From Podarcis muralis (lineage: Eukaryota), in NCBI RefSeq assembly GCF_964188315.1, contig NC_135668.1:52700001-52764000 (forward strand): a stretch of 64,000 nucleotides of DNA. Reading direction: 5' to 3'. Below are positions 50,790 through 63,105 of the stretch, one piece after another. A model generated the notes under the pieces. It saw nothing but the letters and a program-made list of their open reading frames with translations, was not told where the DNA came from and did not search any database. A program made the translations under genes and the position numbers. How positions within the stretch are numbered: the first letter of the stretch is position 1; every line of letters begins with the position of its first letter.

Positions 50790-50980
50790 TAAAAACCTAA
50801 GAAGAGCCTGCTGGATCAGGCCAATGGCCCATCTAGTCCAGCATCCTGTTCTCACAGAGGCCAACCAGGTGCCTGTGGGAAACCAGGGAGCAGAACATGA
50901 GCACAAGAGCACTCAGAAGCATTGCTGTCTCCAACTGTGGGGGTAGAGCATAGCCATCATGAATTTGTCTAATCTGGGTG
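50790..50980 (-). mobile_element. CR1 3' UTR fragment
   Basis: aagaagagcctgctggatcaggccaatggcccatctagtccagcatcctgttctcacag signature. Confidence 0.8.
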
Positions 50981-51671
50981 ACTTTAACATCTGCATGGAG
51001 GCTGCTGTTTTACAACCTAGGACTTCATAGCTTCTGTCCCAACCATGGGGTTGTATCAAATGGTCATTGGTTGAACACAATGAGCAGGGCAAACACTTGA
51101 TGCAAAGCGTTCTACTGTCATGGTCAGTCCAGCATCTGGTAAAGTTTGGGGTGGTGGTGACAGTTCCTCCCTGCAAGAGTGATGGGCCATTTGGATGGTC
51201 CACCTCACCCAAAGACTAATGGAATCATATCGGTTCTTTAAAATGCAATATGAGTGCAACCTAGTTTGAATGCTTAAGTGTTGCCATTGTTGCTATTATC
51301 CTTTAGTATGTGATATCCAACCTACAAGATGAAATAGGAGCAAGCCATTTTTAGGGGATCTTTGCCCTTAGAAAGCCTGGTTTGGCATTTGAGAATAATA
51401 AATACATTGAGCCTGTCATTCTCAGTAGCTTTGGCATATTTTGCAGAAGGTTGTGACAAGGTATTTCTAGCAATGTCTCTTTTTTCTGCTTCATTGTCTC
51501 ATCATTGATGTTGCAACACAGTACATGTTTCACAAGACCCTGCTTTTCTGGATAGGCAGAAGAGGCATTCAAGTAGCAACAGTTAAAAGGAAGGAATTGA
51601 ATGCTCAGATTCCTTCTAGTCACTTACAGGCCCAATCCTGGCCTAACTGCACTGGCTGCCAATTAGTTTTT

Positions 51672-52078
51672 GGGCCCAGTTTGTGCTGGTTTTGACCTAT
51701 AAAGCCTTAAATGGCTCAGGACCAAGGTACCTTAAGGACTGTCTCTCTGCATATGAACCGACCTGGAACCTGCAATCATCATCTGAGGCCTTTCTTCACT
51801 TGAGAGGTCTGGAGGATGGCAGTATGATAATGGGACTTTTCAGTGGTGGCTCCCCCCTTATGGAAAGCTCTTCCCAGGGAGGCTTGCCTGGCACCTTTAT
51901 TACGTGTCTTTAGGCTCTAGGCAAAAACATTCCTTTTCTCCCAAGCCTTTGGCTAATTACAAAAAATCTATGGCCTTTTAAACTGTGTCTGTATGTGGGG
52001 GTCATTGTTATTTTTTGTTATTATGTTATATATTTTTGAGTTTTTATATTGTAAACTGCCCTGTGATCTTTGGATGAA
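51672..52078 (+). mobile_element. L2 ORF2 end and 3' UTR
   Basis: VLVLTYKALNGSGPRYLKDCLSAYEP..LQSSSEA; tail ttttatattgtaaactgccctgtgatctttggatgaa. Confidence 0.85.
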
Positions 52079-53035
52079 TTTTTCATTTGGAACTATTAAA
52101 GATACTGAGCAGATGTGATATAGTTTTCTAGGAAAATCGTGATGCTGTGTTAGTTATCATTCATCCCTTTACATTAATTTTTTTGACTATTGAATAGTTT
52201 TTGTTTTGTTCTTTCATCCAGAGAATAATCAATACACAAATGCTCACTGGAGATTGAACAAAAGATGGATGTCTTCCAGAAAGAGATTTAATCAAGCAAG
52301 ATATATATAAGCTAGTGGGGATGGCAGTTTTATCATTCCTTAGCCTTTCTGACTGACAGGTTAGTGCGAGAAAATGACATTACAGCTGAATATCTGTAAA
52401 ATTTGAGTATTGCTTGATTGAAGACTTTATCAGGATTTAAATTAACCCTTGCTGTGAGTAGCTAAATAAGTCTGCTGTTCTCTCTCAGAGTCATTTTGTT
52501 TTGTCATACATACTCAAAACCATATCTATAAACAATCTGTAGGATTAGAGAAAAATAGGTTTAAATTTTTAATTATGTTAACTATGGTATAAAGATAATA
52601 AGCCATCTGATCACTGTCTGTTTAAAGGCTAGAATGAAGCTCTGAGTGCAATATCCACTTGGCCATCTAACATTCTAATTATGTGTAGAAGGGAAGCAGT
52701 TGCTTAAATCACATTTTGATGTCTCTGAAGAGCATTTGTGCATTCATGGAATGTGTACTGCTCCTCACTGAAACTCCCATGCAGTCAGTCTACCAGGAAA
52801 CCATGTGCTGTGCTGCAGTTTGTCTACTGAGTTTTCTTAACAACAAAAATAATGAGTGTGGTTTATTGAAATGTTAGCCATGTTTAAAATACTTTTTTTC
52901 TCTAATGGCCCCTACATGCAGACTGAGAAGTTTGTTTTCCCAATTACTTGAAAACCAATTTACAGCCATTTCAGTCTTTCTTTACCCTTACAAAACATTG
53001 CATCTTGGTTAAAAATTACATACTGAGTTGACGGT

Positions 53036-53390
53036 GGCCTGGTTCACATGCAGCATCAAGCCAGAGTTTAATATTTTAAACAAACTATGGTTTAAAGCTA
53101 GCAAGGACTGTGTTAGTGCATTCTACTCAATAGTGTTTGATTTCTCCTCTGCTCCTACCCATACCACACTGGGAGGAAAGAAACCAGAGTTCGACTCCTG
53201 GGCTTAGCACTGCATGCAGACGAACACTTATTATTGGTTTCTCCAAAGAAATCATGAGTGGTAAGCCAAGAATAAACATTGACTTCCAATTATGGTTTTT
53301 TTGAGAAGTGAACACTGTCTTGTTCATGTTAAACCATAGTTTGTTTAAAACGAGGCTTATTTTAAACTAGCACCATGTGCAAATGAAGCC
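53036..53390. mobile_element. PIF/Harbinger-like MITE
   Basis: Perfect 22-bp inverted pair ttttaaacaaactatggtttaa (53074-53095) / ttaaaccatagtttgtttaaaa (53329-53350), inside weaker ggc..gttcacatg ends. Confidence 0.6.
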
Positions 53391-53579
53391 AGTGTTTGAA
53401 TTATGAAAGCAAATGCAAGGGGGATTTGAATGAAATCCATAAACTCCGCCTTCTGGCCAAATTGTGATTTTTCTGTAGTATTCTAAAAACCGTAGCTAAG
53501 AAGACATCACAAAGAAATAAGCGAGGACCTTCTCCGTGTCCCACTCATAATAATTCAAACATACTTTGTTTTCTCTCAG

Positions 53580-53606
53580 TTTAAATGGAAACACTCAATT
53601 GAAATA
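53580..53606 (+). other. candidate 27-nt in-frame microexon
   Basis: ctttgttttctctcag | TTTAAATGGAAACACTCAATTGAAATA | gtaagt; no transcript evidence. Confidence 0.3.
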
Positions 53607-54274
53607 GTAAGTGGTTGTACTGTATATTCCTATTCATTGGTTTCTGATCTGAAATGTTTGGAAGGCATTATACTATAGTATCCTCTAGTAAATAGGCAAT
53701 GATAATTATTATTACAATTATTTCAACGTGGTGAATATGGTCTCCTACCCGATTTCATCCTTGCAACAACACTGTGAGAAAGAGGAGGACTGGCCCAGGG
53801 GCATCCAAGGAGGGTTATTTGCTTTCTTGAGAGTTCCTATACCAATAATTTAGACATTTCATCAGTGTGACTAAGCCAAGTTTTCTGACTCATGCATGGA
53901 CACATGAACCTGACCTTTGAAGAGCTTGTAAATTAACCAAATTTTAACTTACCAATTGTGTGGCCTTTCACTATGCTAGGGGAAGACGGGAACTTTGGAA
54001 GTACCAGAAGGGCATATTTGGGCATATTTGGGGGGGGGGAGCAACAATCTAAGGGGACACTTTTGGAACTCACAAGGGCACATATATTAAAGGTCTAACA
54101 GTCTATATTTCCATGCTTTACATTGCTACATATTTTGTGATTTTAAATCTCTGCTGGTGTTCTCACATCAAAGAATACTTGCCCCAAACCTGGATCTTGA
54201 CATCCAGGTATTCTTCTTTTATGCCTATTTTTTCTTTGCCACCAACATGGTTTACATGCACCCATGGAAGTGTG

Positions 54275-54650
54275 CAGTATATAAAGTCTGGAGTAGGACT
54301 AGGGAGACCTGAATTCACACCACTGCTCAGCAATGTAGTTCACTGAGTCAGTCACAATCTCTGTGTAAACTACTTTACACAGTAGTTACAAGGATAAAAT
54401 GGGGTGTGGGCAGTGGCGTAGCGTGGGTTGTCAGGACCCGGGGCAAGGCAAGTAATTTGCACCCCCTAACCCATGGATTTTAGCAGGGGCAGAGAGCTGC
54501 GAGTGCGAGTGTGCCCCCCCCAGATGTTGCGCCCGGTGCGGCCGCCCCCCTGCACCCCCACGCTATGCCACTGGGTGTGGGGACCATGTGTGCTTATTTG
54601 AACTTCTTGATGGAAAGGGAGGATATAATGTAGCAAATAAAATAAATAAA
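54275..54650 (+). mobile_element. MIR-like CORE SINE split by a hAT MITE
   Basis: tRNA-like head ggactagggagacctgaattcac, CORE-like gtcagtcacaatctctg..tactttacacag; tail resumes after 54581. Confidence 0.6.
54411..54573. mobile_element. hAT MITE
   Basis: 17-bp TIRs cagtggcgtagcgtggg / cccacgctatgccactg (1 mismatch); perfect 8-bp TSD ggtgtggg. Confidence 0.95.
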
Positions 54651-57600
54651 AAGTAGCATTTCCTCTCAATACACATGTGCATACTATTCACTTGATCCTA
54701 TTCCTGAAGTTCATTATTATGATTATTTAGCACTTGTCTGTTTAGTAGGACCCATACCCAATTATTCTCCTTTTACTGGTTATTTCAAAGTAGTTTTCAA
54801 ATGAAAGTTTTTCAAGAATGCAAAAAAATTTCTTGTTATCCATTGACCTTTTGCAGATTTGTGTTCCCTCTTCTGCTCTGTGATGACTTATGGATTCACT
54901 GAACAGTTTGCTTGAAGGCATTTTTCTTATACTAGCCATTGGCATGAAAAGGCTGCTTTGATCTTCAGAATATTTTAACTAAAAAGATTAAAAGCAAAGC
55001 TAGTGGGCATTTATTTTCTGTTGAAAGTGGGAGTTCTTTCTTTGTTCATCTCCTGCTCGGTTTGCTTTAAATAGACCCCACTGTAGACATGAATGGGAAG
55101 ACCCATGTTGGAAGAAATGTGTCTCCTGTTGTCATGTATAGTTTGCCCTTACTGTTTTAAAGGAAAGTCCATGTAAACACAGGTGCAGAGGTAAGAGACA
55201 TTTGTAAACAGTTGGTCCAGAGGCCCATAAAATGCAAATGGATTAAAATATAGTGGAAGGTATAATTTGTCATAGCTTTGATGCATTGGTGAAATGATCT
55301 GTTATGAGGTGCCTCAGATATGTTAGAGGTTTCAAAAAGAAGCATCACAGTCTGCCCCGTCATTCCTAACTTGACTTCAAAATAGTCAGAAAGGAGCCCT
55401 AGATAGTTGCTGTCCTTAATCTTGGTAAAAGCCAATAAAAAGGCAGATCTAAACTTTGAGCAGGTGTAGATGTTTATACCTAGGGAATGTTGAAGTAGCT
55501 GGCCCTTCCAGCTACCAGAATCAATGTCTCTTTTGTTCTCTAGAAAAATTTGCCCACCTCACAACATGCAAGCAGGGGCTCTTATTTGTAAGTAAGAAAG
55601 AGATTTTGATTGAGGCAAATAACAGGTTCAGCAGCAGACACAAGGCTTGGGAGTCATGGTTCAGGAATTCCAGAGAAGGGGGGAAAGTTCAGAACAGGAT
55701 GGAAGCAACAAAGACGTTCCAACAAGTTTCCATGTCCTGCCTGTCAAACTTTTAAAAGCAATGCTTGATTGTGAGATTTACTCACTTGTGAGATTTACTC
55801 ACCTTGTGGGAATGTCCAGCCTGCAAATGTGTCCTCTTCCTGGATGGGTGGGTCTTCTTCCACCTGCAAGGCAGTGCTGGTTCTAGGCAGCAAGATTGAA
55901 CCCTTCTGTTGGAACTCCTGTTTGTTTCCTTCAGCCTCCGGCTCCACCATTCCTCTTGGCTGCTCAAATCTCTCTGCCCCCCCCCCCCACTGAGGCTCTT
56001 CACTCTGCAGGAAATTTGGAGAGAGGTGGCAGTGGCATCCCTGCTCCCCTTTTCAGAGTGGCTGTAGTTGGTGAGAAAAGAGATTTCCCCCCTCCTCCAA
56101 CCCAGGTTTCTACCATGTAGCCCCCTCTCTGTTTCTACCTCCTCCTCTTGCGTCAGAACCTGACAATTCAAGCCTTATCTCAGCATTGCCGTGAGGCTTA
56201 TGACAGAATTCACAGCCAGCAGACAATGATCAGAAACAGCCATTGTCCCTATGATTTAGTGTAGAAAGGGACTCTATCTGCTGTATAAAAAGCCTACTCT
56301 GGTTTGAACTCCAAAGATAAAACATCAATAAAACTGTGGCCTAAATAAATGAAACTACTCTTTAGAATATTATCATTCTGATGGCTTGTTCACATATGAA
56401 TTATTTTATTTCATCTTAAAACCTTCTCAGCTCCATGGTAGCTGCTCAATATTGTTTCACAATTAATGATTAGATGCTGACCCTACATTTTCAGAATTGT
56501 CTGTTTTTCACCTCAGTTGTGAATTCAGAATCTGAATTTGATATTCCAGTGGATGCTTTCTCCATTGTTGAACTCAAAATTAATTTCATATACCCAGACA
56601 CTCAACCCCCCCACCCCCGGAAGTCTCACATTTAAACCCAATTCCAAATTTTATGTTGGTCTGTCTATGATTTTAATATGTTCATTACATTTTTTTAGTT
56701 CTAATACATTAATTGTATGGTGAGATTTGGTATTTCGTATTTTCCCTACAACAGTATAACATAATTCTATACTAAAAACATATGATGGCTAATTCATTAT
56801 AAAGTGACAGAAGTTTATATTAATTTTATATTTAAAAGCTTTTATTGTCCTTCGTTCTGGTGATTACACAACACAACAGTGTTGGCTTTATGTACAAGTA
56901 GTTATCAATTATTCAGTCATGAGAAAAATGACTGAGGTCCAAATGTCCTATTAATTCATTTCAGTCTAGAAAATTTCTTATAATTGGCTTGGCAAGAAGA
57001 ATGAGTGAGATTAGTTGCTAATGAGAAGATAAGTATAGTAATTTCTGCATGATGTAAAACTCTGATTGTCAGTAGGTAGTAATAGGGATTCAGATTATTT
57101 TTCATGGGACCTTGCTTCTTTGTGAGAGATCATTAACATTTTCTGATATTGTAAATTGAGTTATTTCACACCTGTACTTTTTTCACTAGACATTAACCCT
57201 CCAGCCACAGATACTGATAAGTTTTGCTAATTAGGGAGTCATTAATGTAGTTAGGGAGATGAGCAATCAATTATGACTTGTTCTAATAATCTAAACAAAA
57301 ACTTAATTGCATAAATTCATCATGTTCTTTGAATCTTTATCAATGTAGCAAAAATGCCCATGCAATTGTGAGCAGCAAAACTTTATCATGTGAAAGTACC
57401 AATAGTTTTGTAAAGTGATGGTTTCAGTGACTGTTGAAATTAAATGGTTTTAATAAAAAAGATGCCACTTTTATCCTGTTTTCACTCCAACAATATAGTA
57501 GTAGTAGTAGTAAACAAACGAACCATTTTGTTGCATGTCCTTTGTCCTAGCAAGAATGTTTCCATTCAATTTTATAGGCAGTCAAACCATGCTGTGCTCC

Positions 57601-58449
57601 ACAAAGTCTTCCCACCCCCCACCCCACAGTTTTCCAATTTTCCTTTTCCCAAGATGACACATACTCAATTGAAACAACATGGCTTATTACCTTTTAACAT
57701 GGTTGTTGCTGAACTTTCCTCTGTTTTTTGTGCCATAAAAGGTTATCCTTTTGTAGAACTCTATCCAGGTGTTAACTGTTTTGCTCCAGAACACTGACAC
57801 CAATTTTACAGTAATTGACTTTAATCTCAGAAAGTTCAGTTGTCTCTATATGGACTTTTCCATCAACTTCTTTTTTAATGTTAACATATGAAGTTACAAA
57901 CAATTGAAAAGCCCTTCTAAGAAGACAAACCAAATTAGGACTATTAAACCTGACAAAAATGCAATGCATCATCTTGTGGAGCAGACTGTATGACAGAAAT
58001 TGAAGGTAGCTCTGCTTGCCTTCAGAAGCTTATTTATTTGTGACAAATGTAGTCTCAGGCAGAAGTGGAAGTATAAGTCAAGTGAAGTACCTGAAGACAA
58101 AGAATATTTTATTAAATATATACTGTAGATAAATAGAAAATAGAAAAAAGTACAGAAGAATAAAGAACATTGTGTTTAGCAGTGTAATCTTAAGCTCACT
58201 AAGCAGAAAGACCTCATTGAGCTCATGTGATCTATATCTGGGTAAATATGATTAGGTTTGCAGTGTACATATCCTATGTATTAATGATCAGTTCAAAGTT
58301 TTAGAGAAACTACCAGGGAAATCCCTACTCACAGTGAAATGAGCTAACTAATCATATTATTTATTTCAGTTATTAATTTCCTCCCATGAAGCTACTCAAA
58401 TACGAAAGCCATTACATATATAAAAAACAATTTTAAATCCAATACAGAT

Positions 58450-58650
58450 ACTGACTTCTTGAAAGAGCAAAGTCTTCAACACTAAAGAGACAATAGAGAT
58501 TGTGCTTGCCTGATATGTAATGGCAGGGAATTGCAAAAGCTAGGTGCCACCACACCAAAGGTCCATTTCTGACACCCTGCAGAACTGACCTCCTATTAAG
58601 ATGGTATGTGCAGGATGCTCACTCCTGCAGAACACAGGGAACAATTGCAT
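58450..58650 (-). mobile_element. decayed L2 3' fragment
   Basis: ggcagggaattgcaaaagctaggtgccaccacaccaaaggtcc is the reverse of the AFSVVAP.LWNSLP region. Confidence 0.55.
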
Positions 58651-61600
58651 ATAGAATGGCTGAGACTATCTTTAAGGTCTTCTCATTTTCTAGTTAAAAA
58701 CTACTCCATTTAGTGACTGGTTGGATGTTTGAAATGGAACACTAATATTCTTTATGTCTATTCAGAAGTGAGACTTATTGAATGGAATGGGCCTTATTCC
58801 CAGGGGAATGTGTGTAGGGTTGCTTCCTGCACACTGCTTAACTATGTGGTGCGTTTATGGGTATCTTAAGAAGTGGTAGTGGTAACCATGTTATGGAGTG
58901 ACATCTGAGGATTTATGTGTGAATTAAGACCACATATTCAAAACAGCATTAGGCCTGTAATTATTCGTAAATAGATTCTCAGGTAGCTTGTGTAGTTCCC
59001 TAATGATACATGACTTGTATCATTTGTCATGGGAAACAGCCAGAGGAGCCTGAGCGAGCCATCAAAGGAATGTCAGAAGACTGCTGCTGCATCCAGGCGA
59101 GGGCCCTGCATTAGTCACCTCATGGGTGCAAAAGTCTGAGGTCCTAATTGCTCTCCCACTGTAAATCCAGAGAGAAAAATCTGCATCTAAATAACACATA
59201 CTTTATCAGACTTGAGAATCTCCAATGATTATATTTATTAACTTTGCCTTCTGTTGTGTGTGTGTATATATATAGCACCTAGATTCCTCAAACCTTTATT
59301 AAATATATCCTGTTATTGCAACTGGTACATACAATCAGCAGAATTAGTGGGTAATGAGGTAATGAGGTGGCATTGCACATGGCACCACTTGAGATTGCAG
59401 GACAATTTGCATTTTTAATGTCCCTTCATACTGTGAAAGTATGCATCTGTACTGGAACTATTTTTTAACTATTTTATCTATGGGATTGATTGTAATTGTT
59501 TTATATATGAAACTGTTTTAATTGGTTTTACTTTTCTTGTTTCATGGTTATAACTGCTTTTATTTGTTTTATAACTGTATATTTTGCTGCTGTAACCTGC
59601 CCTGGGACTTTTTGAGTAAAAAAGGGTGTGTGTGTGGGGGGGGGAATCATAACAAACAAATAATTAAATTACTTTTTAAAAGACCCCAACAAAACTTGCC
59701 CATAAGTAGAAAAACTGTCTGTAGGTCTAGGCTATCCCTTTTCCTTTCTCCCTGCAATAGCAGCTTTCTATATGCCAGAACAAATATTCAAAAAAATGCA
59801 AATTTCCAAGGAGTCTGAACTGTCACAGGGTAGAGCAGGGCTGGGGTACCCTTTTCAGCCCAGGGGTTCATTCGTTTTGGCAACTATCATAGGCCAATGT
59901 GCCAGGAATAGGCAGGGCCAGAGGCAAAAGTGAGAGAAGTAATGAATGCACATTTTACTTTTGTATACTCACCATTGGTATAATTAGAAAGCATTACGGT
60001 CCTTGAATGAAATTACAAAATGATTTCAACTGAAGATCACAATGCAGTTTGCTTTTATCCATCAAGAATAAGTAGAAAGTGGCACACAATCTATGTGTAA
60101 TTTCTCTTACAAGGCAGAAATGTAAACATTTGGAAAGAAGTATCCATAGTACTGCTGCCTTGGGTGTCTGAAGATTTTATGGGAATGGGATGAGCAGATT
60201 TGTGGGATTAATATGTTCAGTTCTGTTGATGAATTCAGGCAATGAAAAGCTGCATTAGAATAATGCAACTGGGAAGTTCAAATGGGACCTCTAACTAATA
60301 AGCACAACCAGCAACTTGTCACACTTATTTGCTGATTGGTGATGTTTATATAAAGGGACATCTGGAGTTTACTAATTAAACTGCTTATAAGTGATAAGTA
60401 ATAATGATTAATTATCACCTTGACAATCAAAATCATCATCCTTTAGAAACTTTTGTTTACAAATGCAGAGTGCATATATGAAAGCTGTCACCTTGTTAAT
60501 AATTGAGCTATTTTCCCAGATTTAAAACAGCACCAATAATTTCTGAGAAACAGACCAGTGTTTTTCTCCTCTCAGGAATCAGATATCTGGTTCATGCTTG
60601 CTTTGTGACAAAACAATAAAAGAGGTAATGGCTCACAGTTGTGGAAACTTTTTCACAATGAGGGTCACATTCCCTCATGAACAACCTTCTGGTGGCCAGA
60701 TGCAAAAGCTGGTGTAACAATGTAGGTGACAGAAATCTGCACATACCAGAGGTTTCTATACAAACACACATACCGGTAGCTCCATCTCCCAACACATGGC
60801 CTCTCCCCAATATCAAACTCTACACTCCGCACTCTCATCCTATTCCTCCTCTGACCAGTATCCTGTCTACATGGGGCTCATTACACCTTTAATATCTAGT
60901 CAGTATGGGTGTTCATAGTTACATTTCTCAATAATCTATATTAGCCTATATGCAGGAATACAGATATAATCTACATACAGTGGCTTTGTTTGCATACCAT
61001 GGTAAACCAAACGGTAGCTTATCAGGTCCCTGGGAATGTGCTGGCTCCTTTTCCCAGTCCTTTTAGCACAGAACATGGCACACCATACGGTAAATTATAG
61101 GACAAACCAGATCATGCTTAAGGAAGAGAGTGTCACCATGTGCCAAAAATCCAAGGAAGGAGCAAAGGTATTATGAGCTCCTCTCTAAGAGCGAGCATGT
61201 TTGTGTGGTGTCAGTAAGCCATAATTTGTCTTACTGTGGTATGCAAGCCAGGCCAATGAGAATGGGAAGCTTTCCACAGCTACTAACAGCTGAAGGAGGA
61301 ATCATTTTGCCCCAGTCTTTCAGCTTTTGTCTGTCTACTCTCCTTGGTATTACTACATTATCTGTCTTGTACAGACATAGGTAGGTGCATATTTGTCAAA
61401 GAACTGAAAGAAAAATCAAAATATTGAGTTGAGCTTTTGATGGGATTAATTTGATTGCTTAAAAACAAGGCAGCATTTTTTCCTTCACAAAGTGATGGGA
61501 AAAATTCATAGAACAAAAAAAGGAAAGTTCATATTTTTGTAGGATTATGAAATTATGAAAACACATTGTCCATAATGCAAAAATCACTACGAATCAGATT

Positions 61601-63105
61601 TTGTAGTCTGTGTGTTTAGTCTCTCAACCATTTGATCCAGCAATGGTTGAAAGCTATACATGTTTATGGCTGCAGAAATTTATTCCTGGAAATTTCATGG
61701 CACTGACTGTTTCAAGATCTATGTAAGAAAGAAGTAGGCAAAGTTAAGTGAACTTGATTTGACTTTACATGCATGCTGAGAGGGGAAGTAGTGGAGCAAA
61801 CATATACTAAACATTTTTTAATATGGATCCCAGCAAACATTATTTTTTTACATGGATCCCAGTGGCAGGAGAATATAACAAAAGCTAGCCTCCAGACTGG
61901 TAAGGCCTACCCATGCCCCTTCTCAGCTTCTTGAGTTCTCCTCAGCAACACATCCTATGTCCCTCAGCAGCCATTTAAATTTCATTGAGTTCAATAGGAA
62001 AGTGGGCATAGAATTGCAGACTAAACTGCTGCTGATGGGAATGTTGAGTGCTGAAATACCAAGAGAGCAATGAGGTCTTCCTGCCAGTGTTTCTGATACT
62101 GGAATATGAACCATTTTGCTACCATGTAAGCCTGGGTTCCATTTCCTCTGACATTCAGAAATGCATATAGTGCAGCAATACTTAGACACCAGGAAACTGA
62201 TAAATCTCTGAATGGTTAGTACCAAACTGTTCTTATGTTAATTCATTCTGGAGCAATCCAAACCAATTACAGATACAATATGGAAGAACAAGCTGCCACT
62301 GTTCTCAAGAAAGAAGTCTTTTCTAAAGCAGGAAGGTTCATGTCACAATACTGAATAATGGTCATGCTTTTTTCTCCAGATTGTACATAGTACAGTGATC
62401 CTGAGATGGCTGAATACATGTTCAGGCATGAGAACCAGTCATTGCCTCCACTGTTTGCAAGCTCTAGTGAACTCTGGTAGCAAAGCAGAACATCTCTTGG
62501 AGCTCAATACACTAGCAGATGAAGCCTTTGTTTTATCACTTGTCTGCTACCCTGGGCTTGTTTTGGAGGAAGAGTTGAATATTAATTAAATCAATCAATA
62601 TAATTTAATAAACAAACCAACAAACCCTGAAATTGTCTGTAGTGGTCCCAGATAGTGGTGTAATAGATTGAATGCTGTCATTGGGAACGTCACAAGCATT
62701 TCAAGAATACACTGACAGTTTTCCTGCCCTATATTTTGCAATGCCTAGAGTATGTTTACAAACTAGACATAGTGTGGGGTGCCTACATCAAAGGTAGGCA
62801 GCAAGCAGAAAGAAAAGAAAAGAGGCAAAATTGTGGGGTGTCGGTTGATAGAACTGCCTCCTTTGCTTTGATAAAGATAAAACTGATCTGTTCCATCTGT
62901 TGACAGAAGATGTTAATTTTTTTAAAAAAGGCAAAGAAGTGTACAACACCTTGGAGGTTCAAGTACCATGGTCACCAGGCAAACAGTACAACAATTGCAT
63001 TGAACCATGCTTTCATGAGGAAGCTGTCACAAATATGATGTTGCATGCATCAGGTGCACCACATACCAGTCAGCAAATTTTCAGGAAAGCAGAGGTAGCT
63101 GGATT

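Noticed and set aside
50913-51212. Cys-rich ORF vaguely like a DIRS gag
   Set aside because: The motif spacing is incomplete and the ORF overlaps a CR1 3' UTR.
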